A DNA stretch of 62,610 nt, the filler included, from Collodictyon triciliatum (Eukaryota): the NCBI GenBank assembly GCA_043381765.1. It is 12 parts of 12 records of this genome, joined end to end, with 100 filler letters (N's around TTAATTAATTAA, not from the genome) between each part and the next. Parts side by side here need not be neighbours in the genome. Positions count along the whole stretch, not along the records: positions 10,768 to 16,053 come from JBHJMP010005329.1; positions 16,154 to 21,433 come from JBHJMP010005330.1; positions 21,534 to 26,814 come from JBHJMP010005331.1; positions 26,915 to 32,209 come from JBHJMP010005332.1; 8 more parts are not named here. One strand, given 5' to 3'. Below are positions 11,273-31,237 of the stretch, in pieces (position 1 is the stretch's first letter; each line of letters starts with the position of its first letter). Made by a program: the position numbers and the translations under genes. Under the pieces are notes generated by a model. That model saw only the letters and a list, made by a program, of their open reading frames with translations, had not been told where the DNA came from and did not search any database.

Positions 11273-14200
11273 TCAACTCCCTCCACTCTTGCAGATTGCA
11301 TCATACGGGATGTTCTGCACAGTCTTTGGCTTCGGTCCGTCGTCCAGGCGCACGCTGTCGAGTGCTCAGGTTAGTTGGCTGGATTGGGATGTACCTTTTT
11401 CTTTTTCTTTTTCTTTTTTTCTTTTTGTCCGCTCCATGTTTGATTTTGTGCTTACTTACTCTACGGTTTCTGTCTCAGTGTTGAGTTTCAGCAGTCGCGC
11501 TGTAGTTCCTTGGAGCGGGCCTTTTACGATTTTCACTGGGTGCCCAATTTGCTACGTGTGTGCGTGAGTGTGTGAATGTGGAGAATAATATCGAAAGCAT
11601 TTTATCCCATTCCCATTTGTATTCCTTTTTTTCTTTCTTTCTCTTACTGAATCTGAGATTTATCAATATTAACTGAACATTCTGTCAAATCATTTATCTA
11701 GCGTGCCAAAAGTGCCGATGATTATATTAATTCATTATTTTCTTGGTGGGACTATGTCAAAGAAGAGTAATGCCATAAGCAAGTAATGACGGAACAGGAG
11801 GGAAAAAAGAATGAAAAGGAGAGAGAAAAAAAAGATGATATTGAAACTTACTGGAATTACTGTCTCTAGATCATCTTGGGATATCTTTATTTTTGTTTTC
11901 CTGTTATAAATGTTATCGTTAACAAATGATCTGGAAAAAACGAAAGCAATAATGAAAACTGAAATGCATGTTTATCCAATATAAAATTTTGCGTTTTTCT
12001 CTCATTCATTTACACAATCGTCCCATCAACATTTTTTTTTTTAAAAATAAAATAATTATTTTTTTTTAATTACTCGTCCAAGAGTTGAATGATAGATATT
12101 CCATTCGCATCTACCTCCTTTACAACGGCTACAAAATTAAATAATATTAATAATCCATAAGATAGCCACAATCGATAGTATTTACTCCCTTGCATCATTT
12201 TATTTCAATGATGTTTAGCAACTCTGATATTATGCTTTTGTTTGTTTGTTTGTTTGTTTGTTTGTTTGTTTGTTTGTTTGTTTGTTTGTTTGTTTTTTTA
12301 AAAAAAGAGGTGGCTAACTTAAAAATAATTTTGATGAAATCAGGCGGGATATATCCAACCTTTTTTCTTAAAGAAAGAACCATTCCCTAGCTTCTGGTTT
12401 ATTATTTTAACGATAATTCCTGGCATTGTCCACACTTTCTGTACTTGTGCCGAGCGTTTTTGCTTTTTCATCTAAATGTTTGGTTTTGAAAAAACGACAT
12501 CAGCAGGTAGATGGGTTAAAATCAGATAACGAGACGATGAAGAACAAAAAGATAAAGATAAAGATAAAGATAAAGATAAAGATAAAGATAAAGATAAAGA
12601 TAAAGATAAAGATAAAGATAAAGATAAAGATAAAGATAAAGATAAAGATCAAGATAAAGATAAAGATAAAGATAAAGATAAAGATAACTTCATCGGTTAC
12701 CTGCTCTTCTTGGATGAATTTTTCAAACTCAGATGGCTTTCTTTTCGATGCACTCGCTTCTCCTGCAGCAGGTTTTGAAGACTCTGGGACAGCAGACAAC
12801 TTGGACCCACCTGCAGAAGTGCTTAATCCAACGGGAACTTCTGGGTCACTGAATACAGTGGCAACTTTCTTTTTCATCTTTTCCTTCTGTTAAAAACAAA
12901 CTCAGTTAAAAAAAAAAAGACAGAAAGAAATAAAAGAAAAACGTTTGCCTAATCGCATCATTTCTCTTCTTTACAAGCCAAGGTGAGAATAATCTTCAAT
13001 ATATCTATGTTTATGATTTTTTTTTCATGTCTTCCTTCAAATTTGCTCGAGAATACACTTCGGTGATATACATTAGTTATATGTGTACTCATTTATATCT
13101 ATAACAAGTGTGTGAGATTACCTTTTCTCTTTCTTCTGGGTCCAATTCAGTGCTAAGTTTAATCGCAATTAAAATACCGTGAATTGCACCTTTTATGTAT
13201 TTTCCTTTTCCATTATTCAATACAAGAGATATATAATCTATATTTCTACAATTCAAAATGAAGCACGAAGCATAGAAACAATTAAAAAAAACATCTAAAC
13301 ACATAAATATGTATCAAGAAGAAAAAAAAAATAGGCATTCACGACACAAACAACATTTACTATTATCCGAACATAATCTGAATCGAATAAAGGAAAAAAA
13401 TGACCCGAACATAATCTCATCATCGTACTGTATATATTTACCCATCATTTTCATCACGACCTAAAGTTTTTTACCCATAAATCAGTTAGACCCATACCCA
13501 CTTTTTAAGAAAGAATTAATTAGAGGATTCATTATATAATTGAATTTTATTTATATCTTACATAGTTGAAGCCTCGCTTGAGCCATAAGGTTGAAAATGA
13601 TTTTCTCTTGCTCTTTTAGGCTACTATCTGAATCATCTTCCTAAATATCAATTTACAAAATTAAAACGAAAAATTAATTCTTTCTCAATAATATTTGTGG
13701 AAAATTATCATTTATAATAGTACATGGAAGGGGTATTGTTACTACAGACATCTTCTTCGTCATACGCCTCCCCCTGGTCATCTGCTTCATCACCATCATC
13801 ACCACTATCATCTTCTTCAACTTCATCTTCGTCACTTTCGCTTTTACGATCTCCAGGCTTCTCTTTCTTTCTAGCTTCTTCAAATTCTTTGGCAAGTTTG
13901 ATTTGCATCTCTATCAATTTTTCATTTCTTTCTGCTTCGTCCATTTCTGCACGCTCTCTTCGATTTCTAACTTCCTGTGGGGAATTTTAAAAGTATTTTA
14001 TATTAAAGAAAAGAAGAAAAGAAAAAAGAAAAAGAAAAGAAAAAGAAAAGCAAAGAAAAAAGGAAAGAAAAAAGGAAAGAAAAAAGGAAAGAAAAAAGGA
14101 AAAGAAAAAAGAAAAGAAAAGAAAAGAAAAGAAAACACAATTAAGCCCAGTTAAGGGTGTTATCAATACGTTCCTTTTAAAATTCATAATGATAAAAGAG

Positions 14201-15622
14201 TCAAAAAAAAAAAAAGAACCATTTTCGCTAGCATTTCAGGAGTGCGGTCGATATACTTCACATACCACCCTATCAATTATACATATTATTCTGTCACAGA
14301 TCCACAAAATTATATTATGCATAAAGAGATATAGTGAAAAGGAGAAGAGAAAATGTATACCTTTGGGGGTTTCATCTACTTCGCATTGGCCTGATCGACC
14401 AAGGTATCTATTTTATTTGATTTATTTATTAGGTTTATTATTTACTAGACTTTGTTGTATATTAACGAAGCTTTAATTATTTCGCCATTCGGTATTAGAG
14501 TGTATCGTAATAACACCTATTAAACGGAGCTTTTTTTTAAATATATGTAACTTAATGGACTACATATGAATCCATCAGATGTAATAATTTCAAATCATAT
14601 GAATGAGTGTGAGCATACTTGACAAATTCAGTCAATGTTTCCCACTTTGTTGAATTCATATGGACGTGGTGGCGGTCGGCAATAAACTCATTATAAACTG
14701 CAGTCGCACGAATCCTTTTATTTCGGTACCTGAAATCAAGACGTAAATCACCGTCCTCAGTTAATTAAATCCTCTTAAATCCATCTTGTAAATATAATGC
14801 TAATAACAATAACAATACGATTAGCTGCATTATTAGAAAATATTTAATTATTATATTTTATCGAAATATAACTCCCTGTATGTAGTCAAAAATGTCATTT
14901 CTTTCTCAAAATAATAACAATAATAATCTTGCGAATCGTTAAGAGTATGGGAGATGCAAGGAGGGGAGAAAAAAAGGGAGGAAAGAAGACAAACCGGACT
15001 CGAAGAAGGGCCATAAAATCATATTCAAATTTGTCAGAGTAGTTTGTAATCATCGTAGTGGGATTCTCAGAGAATATTTTCATTTGTCTCTGATGACTTT
15101 CAGATTCAATATGGCACTGCATGTCCACCGAATGTTACGCAATTTTCAAAAATGAACTCATGAAAAAAATATGTGGGCGATGATGGAAAAGAGATATCAA
15201 AGTGACATAATTTGTTCTTAAGGTATTCATTATATTAAAAAAATAATTATATGTTTGGATCATTTCGTACTTTGAAGCCGTTTGCATCTCTGCACTGCTT
15301 TTGACAGAGCTGACAATACCAGCGCAGCTTCTGGAGACCTTTCGCCTATTGTTGCAAATAAAATAAAACCAAATAAATATCTAAATTCGTTCTTCATCTC
15401 TGTATTGTAGATTTTTATGGGCAGAATTTAATGAAGATGCGATAGCTTATCATACCTTGATTCGATTGGCGATGGCCTTTGGCTATTATCACAGTAAGTT
15501 ATATACATATATATTTACTTTTTTAAAAATGCTTCAGTTTTTAATTTTCTTTGTGAGCTTATTTCTTAACTATTCCGTAATTATTACTTTGGGGAGTTTA
15601 CATTTTTTTTTCGATAATGAAT

Positions 15623-15678
<56 letters not shown>

Positions 15679-15797
15679 TTCTAAACATGTAGAACATAGT
15701 TTAAATATATAGTTAAACAGGAGGAATGTAAATAAAATAATGAAAAAGTCGTGCTTTGTAAGTTGGCAACTACCGTAAGAAAGTCCGCTTTCCCCAT
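11273..15797 (-). CDS. KIN17: DNA/RNA-binding protein KIN17, apparently complete, many small exons
   Basis: MGKADFLTPKAIANRIKAKGLQKLRWYCQLCQKQCRDANGFKCHIESESHQRQM...HVHMNSTKWETLTEFVKYLGRSGQCEVDETPKGWYVKYIDR...ISQDDLETVIPQIG...IPYDAICKSGGS*. Confidence 0.95.
12550..12686. repeat. Intronic microsatellite (GATAAA)n
   Basis: More than 20 copies in a KIN17 intron; explains the KIKI/IFIF ORFs. Confidence 0.95.
13367..13417 (+). mobile_element. Very short copy of the same retroposon 3' end with a target-site duplication of 13 bp or more, in a KIN17 intron
   Basis: CCGAACATAATCT at 13367-13379 and 13405-13417 flanks GAATCGAATAAAGG-A7. Confidence 0.8.
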
Positions 15798-16156
15798 ACT
15801 TTCAGAGTTCTTTCTTGAATACTAGGTGGGTGAACCTTCAAGGGTTTGAGCTTATAGCTAAATACCTGAGTTTGGGTTGAACGTACAGGAGATCAAAAAG
15901 AAAAAAAATCTTAGTTTCGTTTCAGTAGGGTTTGAAGTGTGATTGGCACTCTCCTGTTTTTTTGTTTTTGTTTTTGTTTTTGTTTTTGTTTTTGTTTTTG
16001 TTTTTGTTTTTGTTTTTGTTTTTGTTTTTGTTTTTGTTTTTGTTTTTGTTTTTNNNNNNNNNNNNNNNNNNNNNNNNNNNNNNNNNNNNNNNNNNNNTTA
16101 ATTAATTAANNNNNNNNNNNNNNNNNNNNNNNNNNNNNNNNNNNNNNNNNNNNTAT

Positions 16157-16247
<91 letters not shown>

Positions 16248-16258
16248 CTCATATGAAG

Positions 16259-17472
16259 GTGGACCAAACGGATGGGATCGACAGTTATGGAAGTACACAA
16301 TCATCACTTCAAGTGAGATTAAATTAATTGTTGATTCTTGTGACCAATGCCACTGATTCTCGCGCCAGATTGATTCGTTTTATTTTATTTCTTTCTAATG
16401 GTTTTCTCCATCAAAGATATATTACACCCATAAAAACTGGAATCATTTGCGCCACTTAGCTTTTTTTTGTATTGAGATATTTTTCTTATTGAAATTTTTC
16501 ATTTGCTTTTAGAGGATGCGATTACTATCAAGTTTACTTATCTTAGTCCCGATGGCGAAGAGTCTTACCCTGGATCCGTTAATGCTGGAGCCAACTATAC
16601 TTTAAAAAGTGATGGAACCCTTGTGATGGAATTCGTTGCCACTAGTGATGTATTGTACTTGATAACGCTAATCTTCCAAAGATCTGTGAAAGAAAAATCG
16701 TGAAAGAAACATCCATATTTATCTATTTAAGGCAGCCGGATGCTTTATATAGTCTGTCCACTATCTCCCATCATAAGAAATAACCTTCTCTTATGTATTG
16801 CATTTTAGGATGACACGGTGATTAACATGACCAATCACGTTTATTGGAATCTGACAGGGTCTCCCAAGGGTACCAGTGTCATGGACCATGTTTTACACAT
16901 GTCCTGCAAAGACTATCTCCCTGTAGATGAAACCAAAATCCCCACCGGGCATCTCCTGGCAGTGAAAGAGACTCCCATGGACTTTCACACTGCCCCACGC
17001 CCCATCGGTGAGGATACATATATGAATAATACAAAGCAAGTTGGTACACGCCTCCCTCACACCAACCTGACCATAATATGAATCAACCAAAAATGTGTTT
17101 TCCATAGGAAAGGAAGTTGAGCCAAGCGAAGGTGGATTCGACCATTGTTTTGTCATCGATTCATCATCGACTCAAGTTGGTCACGTATTGACCCTGGAGA
17201 CTGAGGGAAGCATGCCAATACCCCATGCTGCATCTGTTGTTGAGCCTGTTAGCGGTCGCACTATGAATGTGTATACAACACAACCTGGAATTCAAATATA
17301 CACGGCCAATCACTTTGATGCTGATAATACGGTTTATTTTCAAAAACACTCTGGTGTTTGCTTTGAAACTCAGCATTTTCCGGACTCTGTCCACCATCCC
17401 CACTTCCCAACTGTTTTACTGAAAAAGGGAGATTCGTTTCGACAGATAACTGTCCATACTTTTTCTTGCTGA
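16259..17472 (+). CDS. galM: Aldose 1-epimerase (galactose mutarotase), 5'-partial
   Basis: GGPNGWDRQLW, SPDGEESYPG, NMTNHVYWNL, GGFDHCFV, TTQPGIQIYTAN, GVCFETQHFPDS; TGA ends at 17472. Confidence 0.93.
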
Positions 17473-17490
17473 TGCATCAGATTCATTCAA

Positions 17491-18014
17491 TCAACTCTTG
17501 GGTACATCATGCCATTCAAAAATATGCCGAATACGAGCTACCCAGACACCCAAATTCTCCATAAAGAGCGTGCACATGAGAGAATTATGCTACTGTATGT
17601 ATGTATGTATGTATGTATGTATGTATGTATGTATGTATGTATGTATGTATGTATGTATGTATGTATGTATGTATGTATGTATGTATGTATGTATGTNNNN
17701 NNNNNNNNNNNNNNNNNNNNNNNNNNNNNNNNNNNNNNNNNNNNNNNNNNNNNNNNNNNNNNNNNNNNNNNNNNNNNNNNNNNNNNNNNNNNNNNNNNNN
17801 NNNNNNNNNNNNNNNNNNNNNNNNNNNNNNNNNNNNNNNNNNNNNNNNNNNNNNNNNNNNNNNNNNNNNNNNNNNNNNNNNNNNNNNNNNNNNNNNNNNN
17901 NNNNNNNNNNNNNNNNNNNNNNNNNNNNNNNNNNNNNNNNNNNNNNNNNNNNNNNNNNNNNNNNNNNNNNNNNNNNNNNNNNNNNNNNNNNNNNNNNNNN
18001 NNNNNNNNNNNNNN

Positions 18015-18107
<93 letters not shown>

Positions 18108-18271
18108 TTGTGCAAGACATACAGAAAAGAGAGGGTTATTTCACTTGCCGCCAGCATGAGAAGAAAGAGACACCAAGGGTCTCCGCAGATGCGAGGGAAA
18201 GGAGGTCCCAGAGCGGATGTTAAAAAGAGTGTAGGGAGTTATGCGCAAACCGAGTCCACGCCCCCGCAAAC

Positions 18272-18302
<31 letters not shown>

Positions 18303-18697
18303 GAAGAACATACACGAACCAACCAGAACAGCTAGCCTCTCCCCCACAAACGAGCCGTCCTCCCCGATTACACACCAGAGGCAAAGAATGTAGATATGCT
18401 CCCAAGCAAACCGCAAATCTTTGCTCCACGTGGGCGGCTGAATTGGGAATCATTTGTGGAGAGCGTTTTGTATGTGTGCGGAAAGATTCGCTGCGGGGAG
18501 ACCCGGTTGGACTGGGAGGGAAGACTGGAACGCAGCCGAAGCGAAAGGGAGGGCGACCTGATCTGCAGCGTCCTTTCTTGCTTGGAGCACACCGAAGCCA
18601 CGCTGGGAAATACGTGCGCTGATGGTGAAGATGCGCTGGGCGGCCCGGCCAGACTTTCAGTATGCCCGGGGAGGATGCGCAGCACACAGAGAAACAT
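17491..18697 (-). CDS. Possible spliced gene of unknown function spanning the internal N gap (17697-18014)
   Basis: Candidate last exon HNSLMCTLFMENLGVWVARIRHIFEWHDVPKS* follows an AG; a GC-rich 5' ORF lies at 18368-18709. The link across the gap is not demonstrable. Confidence 0.3.
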
Positions 18698-18999
18698 GCC
18701 AGCGATCAAATCGGCTCATGATTATATGCCGCACGCTTTTTGGTGTATTATGTTGTGCTGTTTACAATTCTTTTTCTTTTTCTTTTTCTTTTTCTTTTTC
18801 TTTTTCTTTTTCTTTTTCTTTTTCTTTTTCTTTTTCTTTTTCTTTTTCTTTTTCAATTATTTTATTTCCTTTTGTTTTCTTTTGTTTTCTTTTGTTTTTA
18901 TAGTAATGTATTCATTTATTTTTTTTCTTAATTAACAGGTGGGTTGCGCCGCCAAGATCACTTCATTGTGAGAGAAAGATCTTGATAAGAACAGGAGGA

Positions 19000-21016
<2,017 letters not shown>

Positions 21017-21080
21017 GTTCGCAATAGTTTACAGAATAGTCGGAACAACAATTACTTCTCTTTTCTCTTTTCCTTTTTTG

Positions 21081-21172
<92 letters not shown>

Positions 21173-21533
21173 TCTTTTTTTCTTTTTTTTCTTTTTTTCT
21201 TTTTTTTATTTTTTTCTTTTTTTCTTTTTTTCTTTTTTTCTTTTTTTCTTTTCCCCTTTTCCCCTTTTTCTCTTTTTTTCTTTTTTTTCTTTTTTTCTTT
21301 TTTTCTTTTTTTCTTTTTATCTTTTTATCTTTTTCTCTTTTTCTCTTTTTCTCTTTTTCTCTTTTTCTCTTTTTTTCTTTTTATCTTTTTATCTTTTTAT
21401 CTTTTTCTCTTTTTCTCTTTTTCTCTTTTACTCNNNNNNNNNNNNNNNNNNNNNNNNNNNNNNNNNNNNNNNNNNNNTTAATTAATTAANNNNNNNNNNN
21501 NNNNNNNNNNNNNNNNNNNNNNNNNNNNNNNNN

Positions 21534-21583
<50 letters not shown>

Positions 21584-21655
21584 CTCTTCTTTTTTTTTTT
21601 TTTTATCAACACATGGAATCACATGCCATCCCCTTTTGTTTTCATTTTCTTGCAG

Positions 21656-26399
<4,744 letters not shown>

Positions 26400-26923
26400 C
26401 GCAATTTGGGCGTATCTCTCTTGGAAGCAACAATAATCTACGCCGAAATAAAAACACCAAACCTCTGATTCCAGCATGAAACACTCCGTTTGGTCTCTGA
26501 TGCTTCTTGGTTGGGTCGGATCGCAAGCGCAAACGCCGAACAAGAATCGAGAATCGAGAATTCCGGTAAATTCCACATTCAGTCCCATCGCAGTTTTCCA
26601 TGCCAATTGTGGAGTATATTTTGTTTGGTGGGTTGTATTTTTCGAGTGTGTTTTGCTTGATTACATCCCGCAGCAAAAAGCGATTTTGTTCGCAGAAGAG
26701 CGGGTGAGTGTACCCAGTTTTTGAATAGAAGAAAACGAGTAAAACAAAACAAAATAATAACAATAAGATAAGTTGCACAACGTGGCCAGTTTGCTGGTAC
26801 AATGATTTTTCGGTNNNNNNNNNNNNNNNNNNNNNNNNNNNNNNNNNNNNNNNNNNNNTTAATTAATTAANNNNNNNNNNNNNNNNNNNNNNNNNNNNNN
26901 NNNNNNNNNNNNNNGTGTGTGTG

Positions 26924-26984
<61 letters not shown>

Positions 26985-26993
26985 AAACTGTAC

Positions 26994-29900
26994 GTTTCGA
27001 AGGTCTTGTATAAAAATGGGCAAAATTTCGTCCCTGTCAGCCGGATGCATAAAGTCTTTCAAGGATTTAATGATATGAGGTAATATAATCTGCAGCATAC
27101 TCTTCCCAAAGTAATCACTCGGTTTTTTCGGCTTTAGTTCAGCGGGCGCGAAGGTGTCGACAATTAATTATATATATATAAAAGTTAGTAGACTTTTCGA
27201 TGAAAAGAATTTGCACAGGCAAAACCTTTCTTGGCTCATATTATAGTTATAAAAAGGGGATGAAAGTTACCATAGACTTAAGATTAGTGGCAGAGTCCGA
27301 GACAAATTTGACCCACCTTTGCAAATAGAAAGCGAAGTTTGATTTTAGAATCGTCCATATCTTTGTTTTAACTTCAGAAGTAGAAGTAGAAATAGAAAAA
27401 GCAAAAGCAAAAGCAAAAGCAAAAAAAGCAAAAAAAGCAAAAAAAGCAAAAAAAGCAAAAAAAGCAAAAAAAGCAAAAAAAGCAAAAATATCAAAAATAG
27501 CAAAAGCAAAAGCAAAAGCAAAATGCGATGGTTGGTAAATATATACGCGATACAGAATTGAGGCACAAAAGGAAAGGCGATTTATTTTGACATTAGAGAG
27601 AAATTAAACTTTTGGTAATAAGTGCTGTATTGAGTATCTTCAGGAAAGGTACGGGCGTGCGTCTGTGGATCAGGAAGATCAAGTCCATTTGCAACTTTAA
27701 GGAGAGGTAAATATTATCAATCAAGTTACAACTTTTATGGTAAAATGCTGTACAGCGCACAAAATATGATACAGAGTACCAAGTGAATGATTACCTGATA
27801 CAAATGTTTTGCAGACCTTCTCCATTTGCAACCTTCTTGGATTTGAGCTCCGCTCCGAATACTTTTGTAGAACCAACTCTCGGATAATCTAAAAATGACA
27901 ATCAAACAAAAACAAAACGAAAACTCAGCGATGATTCAATCATTAAGGGATAAGAAGGAATCTAAATAATTTTATGGAATAGAGTCAAACCTGTGAAATG
28001 GTTGGAATTTCGTCTGGTTGGTAGGCAGGTTCGGATAATTGGACAGCCTTCCTCTCATCTGGGCGCTTCAATTTTATAGTGAAGGAAGATTTAGCTTTAT
28101 CATAAAAACAATCCGACACGCCAAAATCAATTATCAACACAAATCAAGATTTTGGGATGATTTTCCACTAGGGTGAGTTTAGATTTATGACAAACACGCA
28201 AATGGATGAGATGTAAACCTTCAACTTAGAAACATCCATCGCTGATTCCATCAGCTTCTTTTGCATGGGCCTCATGAGTTGGCTTTTTCGTTTTTGAGGG
28301 TTAATTCAACGTTGCTCAGTGACAGTATGTCTTCTTCTTTTCTTTTTAATGCCAAACGTTTAGCTGACGTGTAAATAATAATAATAAAATCAGAACCTCT
28401 TTAATTGTGATATCTTGTGCTGCCAGTCAGCCTTTTCCTCGGGTGGTGCTGTCTTTTCATGCTTAACTGCATTATTGAGCTCAAAAAGGAGATTTATCTG
28501 GATATTTTTAAGTAAAAGAAGATTACTTTCCGGTCTATTTATGTATATAATTATGAAATCTAAAAAATTTTTTAATACATATGTGCTTAAGAGAGACAAT
28601 AACCTTCCGGTCAAGTGTATCCTTGCTGCTGTTAAGGTCACCATGTTGCGATAACGAATGCTTACAAATCGAACAGGGTTCATCTTCTGGATCCATATTG
28701 AGCTGCCGGTGGATTACAATGACACCGAATAGTTTATCATTAATATCGTATTTACCCGATTTATTTCTGTGGCAGCATAATATAATGTAGTATTATTACA
28801 GCAGCTTGATTGGGGAGTCGAGATGTAGAAGGTCTCCAACCAACGCATTTGCATACAGATTCAACCTGAACATTGATTACATGCGGCATCAATCTCGGAA
28901 AATATGTTAAAAAAGGATATTAAATTAATGTCATTCATGTTCCACCATACACAAAGAGAGAGTAGCTCAATATAGACATTTGGCTATCCAATTTCAAAAC
29001 AGAAAAGAAAAGAAAAGAAAAGAAAAGACAAAGACAAAGACAAAGACAAAGACAAAGACAAAGACAAAGACAAAGACAAAGACAAAGACAAAGACAAAGA
29101 CAAAGACAAAGACGAAGAAAAAGAAAAAGAAAATAAGTGCATTAATGGCTTTGCCTTACTGATGAATCAGGAGATTTCATAATTTCGCAGCAGGGGAGAA
29201 GAGGACCAAGGAGTTTGAACTTCTGGGCTCTCGAGAGTTGGGATGGCGCAATATGAAGTCCGGCACTATCACCTGGTGGTCGCACAGATATATGTGAGGA
29301 CGGCAGAGCGAACGGCGATGGTCTGGGAAGTGCCGAGATGGAAGACACATCCATATTGATTCCGATTGGCGGGCCTCTGGACAATCCAATCGAACCACTG
29401 GAGGGCGAGGCAAAACCCTACAACATGAAGGGTATATATTCGTTTATGCATCATATTCACAGCAAGATACATAACTGCCTCTTTTTTTTTTTAATCAAGA
29501 TGGAGAGCGAAGAAAAAAAAAAGAGAATCGTAAGCAGAGAAGAGAATCCCAACGATGGTTTACTGAATTCAAAGGCATTAGGAGAGAAATGTAATTCAGC
29601 AAACAACTGACTATTGAGGATGCGGGCTTCCCATCAGCTGCGCCTTGGCTGTTGGGCAGGTGCGAACTGGCTGACGTTTGGCGATGGTGCAGCGGATAAA
29701 CAGAGGTGGTTGCTGTGCTGCTTCCCGAGGCAGTCAGGTTGCGGACAACCGAAAGAGGCCCCGGAATAGACAGATTGACGGCCGGAGGAGATTCTGGCAC
29801 GTCGGTGCGAACTGCGCTGATGGGATTGGATGGTCCGGCGCTGTTGCGAGCGGGTGTGAGTTGTGCGCAATTGACCCAGCGACATAAAAAAGACATGTTG

Positions 29901-30444
29901 TCGGGAGGTGATTCTTTCTGCCTCTTTCACGTAGGATGTTGAAAATATAAAAATAAAAATATGAAATGTAAAATATAAAATATGAAATAAAAAATATAAA
30001 TAGAAACCAAAAAGCCAATTAAAGACGAAAGCAAAAATAAAAACAAAACAAGAACAAAAACAAAAACAAAAAGTAAATTAAATACAAAAGAAATAAACAA
30101 AAACAAAAACAAAAGAAATAAACAAAAGCAAAAAGTAAATAAAAAACAAAAACAAAAGCAAAAACAAAAACAAAAACTAAAACTAAATATAAAATAAAAG
30201 AAATAAATAAACCAAAACAAAAACAAAAACAAAAACAAAAACAAAAACAAAAACAAAAACAAAAACAAAAACAAAAACAAAAACAAAAACAAAAACAAAA
30301 ACAAAAACAAAAACAAAAACAAAAACAAAAACAAAAAACAAAAACAAAAACAAAAACAAAAAACAAAAACAAAAGAAATAAATAAAAAACAAAAACTTAC
30401 TTAGCAGGTGGGTTTGCTCCGTTCTGCGGGACCGTCTGCTCCAT
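26994..30444 (-). CDS. PCAF_N-domain protein, probable GCN5/PCAF (KAT2)-type histone acetyltransferase; N-terminal part only, HAT and bromodomain not in the contig
   Basis: Spliced SRAQKFKLLGPLLPCC...VCKCVGWRP...EPCSICKHSLSQHGDL...EIPTISQIIRELVLQKYS...YSTYYQKWVKF...SDYFGKSML, collinear with the PCAF N-terminal domain. Confidence 0.75.
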
Positions 30445-30603
30445 GGCGTTTGTGCCTGGCTAAAATACTCAGAGTGATCAAGTGGATCTGTTGAAGCATG
30501 ATCGCGGGTGATTGCAAAGTGCTTCGTCGATTGTTGCTGCCTCGCCAAAATGATGACGTGTACATGCGGATTTTTTCTCTCGCAGAATTAACCATATTCG
30601 AAT

Positions 30604-31008
30604 CATAACATAACATAACATAACATAACACAACATAACATAACATAACATAACATAACATAACATAACATAACATAACATAACATAACATAACATAACA
30701 TAACATAACATAACATAACATAACATAACATAACATAACATAACATAACATAACATACATAACATACATAACATAACATAACATAACATAACATAACATA
30801 ACATAACATAACATAATATAACATAACATAACATAACATAACATAACATAACATAACATAACATAACATAACATAACATAACATAACATAACATAACATA
30901 ACATAACATAACATAACATAACATAACATAACATAACATAACATAACATAACATAACATAACATAACATAACATAACATAACATAACATAGCATACATAA
31001 CATAACAT
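30604..31008. repeat. Long (CATAA)n pentamer array
   Basis: About 400 bp, near-perfect; source of the MLCYV ORFs. Confidence 0.97.
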
Positions 31009-31237
31009 AGCATACAGCGTGAAAAAAAAGAATATATACATTTAAACAGAAAGGGCGAGCATCGGATGAAGTCCTTTAAAAATGAATGGAACCGCTTGAA
31101 TCTCTGAAAAACATCATGCGAAAAAGTATGTCAAACAGCGAAGTTGCTAGCATCAAACGTCATTGTTGTGGCTCTATCGCCATCTTTTATCTCATTCGCT
31201 GATTAACTACTTCTTCGGCGTGCAGCACTTTAAGATT

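Noticed and set aside
30401-31041. Long MLCYV-repeat ORFs or a CRISPR-like array
   Set aside because: Pure (CATAA)n with no unique spacers
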